The notes under the pieces: generated by a model
Seen by the model: the letters and a program-made list of their open reading frames with translations, nothing else
What the model was told of the DNA's origin: nothing
The model's database searches: none
NCBI GenBank assembly: GCA_964607495.1
Contig: CAZSKV010000751.1
Span: forward strand, 1 to 30,460
Origin: an uncultured candidatus Brocadiaceae bacterium
Lineage (GTDB): Bacteria > Planctomycetota > UBA1135 > UBA2386
Length of the DNA stretch: 30,460 nucleotides
Direction: 5' to 3'
Shown here: piece after piece, positions 27,382-30,460 of the stretch
Numbering within the stretch: the first letter of the stretch is position 1
Layout: each line of letters begins with the position of its first letter
Position numbers and translations under genes: made by a program

Positions 27382-28314
27382 GTGGTCAAAGAACTCTTTC
27401 GCGTCCAGGTGCCCGCGACGTGTGCCCATCTGGGGCCCGGCTATGCGGTGCTCGGCGTCGCCCTGAACCTGACGCTCGACGTGCGCGTGCACGAGAGCCA
27501 GCAGGAGGGTTACACGGTCGAAGTCGGCGGCTCGGGGCCGGCGGCCCGGCTCGATCCCCGCCACGATCCCCTGCTGCGAGGCTTCCATGCCGCGCTCGAG
27601 CTGACCAAGACCAAGCCTCCGCCGGGCCTGCGCTTCGTGACCGTGAACGACATCCCGCCGGCCGCCGGACTCGGCTCGGCGACGGCGCTCTACGCCGCCG
27701 GGCTCGCCGCCGGGGCCAAGCTCGCGCGGCGGCCGGTGACGGTCGACGAAGTGCTCGACCAGCTCGCGCGCCTGGGCGGCGATCCCGCGCATGGCGCCGC
27801 GGCGCTGCAGGGCGGGCTCGCCGCCGCGTGCATGGTGTCGGCACCCGACGAGCACGCGCGCTACCGGGCTTGCGGCTACCCGCTGCACTCTGCGTGGCGG
27901 TTCGTCGTGGCGTTGCCCGACGCGCATGTCGGCGCCGCCGACGCCCAGCGGATCCTGCCGGCGACGCTGCCACACGCCGTCGCGTCGCGCACGAGCGGGC
28001 GTCTGCTCGGACTGCTGCGCGCGCTGGCCGAGGGCAACGAAGAGCTCGCCGCGCGCTGTCTGCGCGACGAGGTGCACGTGCCGTTCCGGCGCAAGCTCGT
28101 GCCCGGCATGGAAGGGGCCCTGCAGGCCGCTCTGACCGCCGGCGCTTGCGGCAGCACGATCGCCGGGCACGGTCCCGGGATCGTCGCCTTGACCACGCAG
28201 GGCAAGGTCTGTCCGGCGATCGCCGTGGCGATGCAGCAGGCGTTCAGTGCAGCGGGCATCCAGGCGACGACCAGGACTTTGGAATCGACAACACGCGGCG
28301 CCTTGGCGCCGTGA
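27382..28314 (+). CDS. Homoserine kinase (ThrB)-like GHMP-family protein with substituted catalytic motifs; about 310 aa
   Basis: VQVPATCAHLGPGYAVLGVAL, IPPAAGLGSATA, DEVHVPFRRKLVPG, IAGHGPG are colinear with ThrB. Start is GTG 27382 or 27373; a TAACCT -10 candidate lies at 27365-70. Confidence 0.8.
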   Translation: MVKELFRVQVPATCAHLGPGYAVLGVALNLTLDVRVHESQQEGYTVEVGGSGPAARLDPRHDPLLRGFHAALELTKTKPPPGLRFVTVNDIPPAAGLGSATALYAAGLAAGAKLARRPVTVDEVLDQLARLGGDPAHGAAALQGGLAAACMVSAPDEHARYRACGYPLHSAWRFVVALPDAHVGAADAQRILPATLPHAVASRTSGRLLGLLRALAEGNEELAARCLRDEVHVPFRRKLVPGMEGALQAALTAGACGSTIAGHGPGIVALTTQGKVCPAIAVAMQQAFSAAGIQATTRTLESTTRGALAP

Positions 28315-28320
28315 TCGACC

Positions 28321-29742
28321 ATGAACCGGGCATTCATCCTAGTAACTTTGTACGCGGTACTTCCTGCACAGGATTTCGGCCCGGTGCGCGAGCAGATCGT
28401 GGCGGGGATCGGAGCGGAACAGGCCCCCGCGTGCACGGTCACGGTCTGGCAGGATGGACGCATCGCCTGGGCCGAGGGCTTCGGCCTGGCGGACCGCGAG
28501 CGACGGATTCCGGCGACGGCCGACACGATCTACCGCCTGGCCTCGATCACCAAGCCGCTCGTCGCCACCGCGATCCTGCATCTGTGCGACGCGGGCAAGC
28601 TCGCGCTCGATACGAAGGTCAACACGCTGTTGCCAGGCAGCAAGCTGCAGCGTGACGAGGTGTCGGTCGCCCATCTGCTGAGCCACACGTCGGGGATGCC
28701 GGTGCACTACACGTTCTTCTATGCCGGCACGGCACCTTGGAGCCTCGACACGGCGATCGCGCGCTACGGGTTCTCACGGCGCGAGCCCGGCGCGAGGTTC
28801 GAGTACAGCAACCTCGGCTACGGCATCCTCGGACATCTGCTGGCGTTGCGCAGCGGCAGCGCCTGGGACGAATACTTGAACCGCGCCGTGTTCGCCCCGC
28901 TCGGCATGGCGCACACGAGTGCGAGAGTGGCCAAGGCGCACGAGCGCGACGCCGCCGTGCCCTATCGCAAGGACGCCGGCGGGCGCTTCCAGCCGCTGCC
29001 GGACTACGACTTCGACCACCCCGGCGCGTCGGCACTGTGGAGCACGGGGGCGGATCTGGTGCGCTTCGCGCGGATGTTCTGGGAGGACGGTGCGCCGGTG
29101 CTGCGCGCGGCCTCGGCGAAGGCCATGATCCAGCAGCAGGCGACGGCCGGGCCCAACGGCCGGGGCTACGGCTTCGGCTGGTTCATCGAAACCGTGCATG
29201 GCGAGCGTTGCTTCAGCCACACGGGCGGCATGCCGGGTGTGGCGACGCTGCTGCGCGCGTTCCCCGGCCGCAAGATCGCCTATGCCGTGCTCACGAACAC
29301 GAGCGATGGCGCGCTGCGCAACGCCGTGGACGCGCACCTCCAGCGGCGAATCCTGCAGGCGGAGTCGCGGCCGTCACGTCCGGCGAGCCGCCGCAGCGAG
29401 ACCGTGGCCAGCGAGCGGATGCACGGCTCCTGGGTCGGCCGCATCCACCACCACGAGGGGCCCGTCGAGGTGCGGGTGCAGTGCAGCCAGGACAAGGTGC
29501 GGCTCTGGACCGGCCCGGGCGCTGGCACCGAACGCGGCGTGAGCGAGTTCCGCATCCCGGCGCCCGAGGAGTGGGCGTTCTCCAGCGAGATGCTGCTCGG
29601 GAGCGTCCCCGGCTACTTCGGCGTCCCCAAGCTCGAGTTCGGACTCCAGCTCATCGGTGAGCGGATCGAGGGGATCTGCGTCGCCAAGGCCGAGGGCTAC
29701 TTCGCCCTGTCGCACCGCGTCGAGCTGACGCGGCGCGACTAG
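28321..29742 (+). CDS. Serine hydrolase, beta-lactamase class C/AmpC-like family, with signal-like N-terminus; 473 aa
   Basis: SXXK (YRLASITKP), LLSHTSG, PGARFEYSNLGYGILG (YXN), FSHTGGMPG (HTG). Confidence 0.9.
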   Translation: MNRAFILVTLYAVLPAQDFGPVREQIVAGIGAEQAPACTVTVWQDGRIAWAEGFGLADRERRIPATADTIYRLASITKPLVATAILHLCDAGKLALDTKVNTLLPGSKLQRDEVSVAHLLSHTSGMPVHYTFFYAGTAPWSLDTAIARYGFSRREPGARFEYSNLGYGILGHLLALRSGSAWDEYLNRAVFAPLGMAHTSARVAKAHERDAAVPYRKDAGGRFQPLPDYDFDHPGASALWSTGADLVRFARMFWEDGAPVLRAASAKAMIQQQATAGPNGRGYGFGWFIETVHGERCFSHTGGMPGVATLLRAFPGRKIAYAVLTNTSDGALRNAVDAHLQRRILQAESRPSRPASRRSETVASERMHGSWVGRIHHHEGPVEVRVQCSQDKVRLWTGPGAGTERGVSEFRIPAPEEWAFSSEMLLGSVPGYFGVPKLEFGLQLIGERIEGICVAKAEGYFALSHRVELTRRD

Positions 29743-29773
29743 GGAAGCAATCCTGATAGAAAAGTACGCGGTA

Positions 29774-30460
29774 CTAGTTGGTGATCTTGAACTGGTGGTC
29801 GTTCGAGATCGCGCCGATGCTCAGGGGCTTGCTGCCGTCGATCGTGAAACCGGCGGCGAAGACCTGCAGGCCGACGAGGCCCGCGTCGTTCGGGATGGGC
29901 AGCGACACCACGCCTTCGGGCTGTGCGGCCGTCAACATGCCGCCGAAGCCAGCGCCCAGCGAGGCGACGAGCAGCGGGTCGATCGAGAGCGGGATCGCGC
30001 GACCACCACCGAGCGGCACGCCGGCGTTGCCCAGCGAGAGGCCGAACACGTAGGGAGTCGGGTTGCCGCCGACGAGCGGCGCGGCCAGCGTCATCTTGTA
30101 GGTCGTGCCGATCTTCGGCGTGGTCGTCGGGTCGGCGAGCACGACCGAGTCGAAGAACGAGAAGTTGTCCATCTCGGCGGTGTTGTAGCCGTCACAGCCG
30201 ACCAGGCCGGAGTTGAGGGTCGTGGCCGCCGCGAAGGGACGCGCCGGCGTGCTGACCTCGTACACCCCGTCCTTGTTGCCATCGAGCTGGCCCCAGCAGG
30301 TCCGGCCCTTGACGATCAGCCGCACGCGCGCAGCGAGCGTGTTGATGCCCGTGGTGACCGCCGTGGCTCCACCCGGTCGCTCGTACATCCAGAGCGTGTT
30401 GTAGAAGCCGTTGCCGACCGAGCTGTTGTCCTGCAGCTTGATCATCACGAGGCCGTTCTC
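29774..30460 (-). CDS. 3' part of a probable secreted protein (5' end outside window) with a C-terminal domain like that of 25271-26179
   Basis: Frame is open to the window edge. Beta-sandwich-like segment (GCDGYNTAEMDNFSF) followed by PKIGTTYKMTL...SLPIPNDAGLVGLQVFAAGF...AISNDHQFKITN. Confidence 0.8.
   Translation of the reverse strand, partial: ENGLVMIKLQDNSSVGNGFYNTLWMYERPGGATAVTTGINTLAARVRLIVKGRTCWGQLDGNKDGVYEVSTPARPFAAATTLNSGLVGCDGYNTAEMDNFSFFDSVVLADPTTTPKIGTTYKMTLAAPLVGGNPTPYVFGLSLGNAGVPLGGGRAIPLSIDPLLVASLGAGFGGMLTAAQPEGVVSLPIPNDAGLVGLQVFAAGFTIDGSKPLSIGAISNDHQFKITN

Noticed and set aside
16626-29742. BlaI/BlaR1 plus serine hydrolase as a beta-lactam resistance locus
   Set aside because: The M56 protein has no penicillin-binding domain, the hydrolase is about 10 kb away in a different operon, and most members of this hydrolase family are esterases or peptidases.
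28350-29775. 12-bp direct repeat GTACGCGGTACT at 28350-61 and 29764-75 flanking most of the serine hydrolase gene (possible target-site duplication)
   Set aside because: One copy lies inside the coding 5' end and the other overlaps a stop codon. There is no mobile-element gene, and isolated 12-mer matches are expected by chance in 30 kb of biased sequence. It would need an empty-site genome to revive.

Overview
GC-rich (roughly 70% by eye) bacterial chromosomal window. It is probably from a Planctomycetota-like organism, an inference from the style of the secreted proteins and the BlaI/M56 pair. It is densely coding, with about 27 genes and many ATGA start/stop couplings. No rRNA, tRNA, CRISPR, integrase or transposase was recognised. 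Left to right: a truncated gene end; two tandem paralogous unknown membrane proteins; a FAD-dependent oxidoreductase and a GAF-hybrid histidine kinase bracketed by a 127-bp near-identical direct repeat (2251-2377 / 6027-6153); two tandem YfhO-type GT-C membrane proteins; an iorA-iorB-diheme cytochrome c molybdo-oxidoreductase operon; a RimK-type ATP-grasp/GT4 glycosyltransferase fusion divergent from a BlaI-M56(BlaR1-like)-DUF1801 unit, with a clear 26-bp palindromic operator between them; a hypothetical-methyltransferase-YdjC operon; a GT2-DUF2304-DinB-ALDH7-carbonic anhydrase operon; a secreted protein; a degenerate GT-C-like membrane protein; a homoserine-kinase-like protein with its catalytic residues replaced; a serine hydrolase; and a second, truncated secreted protein. 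Strongest leads: the repeat-bracketed cassette, the ATP-grasp-GT4 fusion next to the BlaI operator, the ThrB-like pseudo/neo-kinase, and the shared C-terminal domain of the secreted proteins. All family calls come from motif recognition by eye, not database searches. Start codons were re-chosen by hand and are best guesses.
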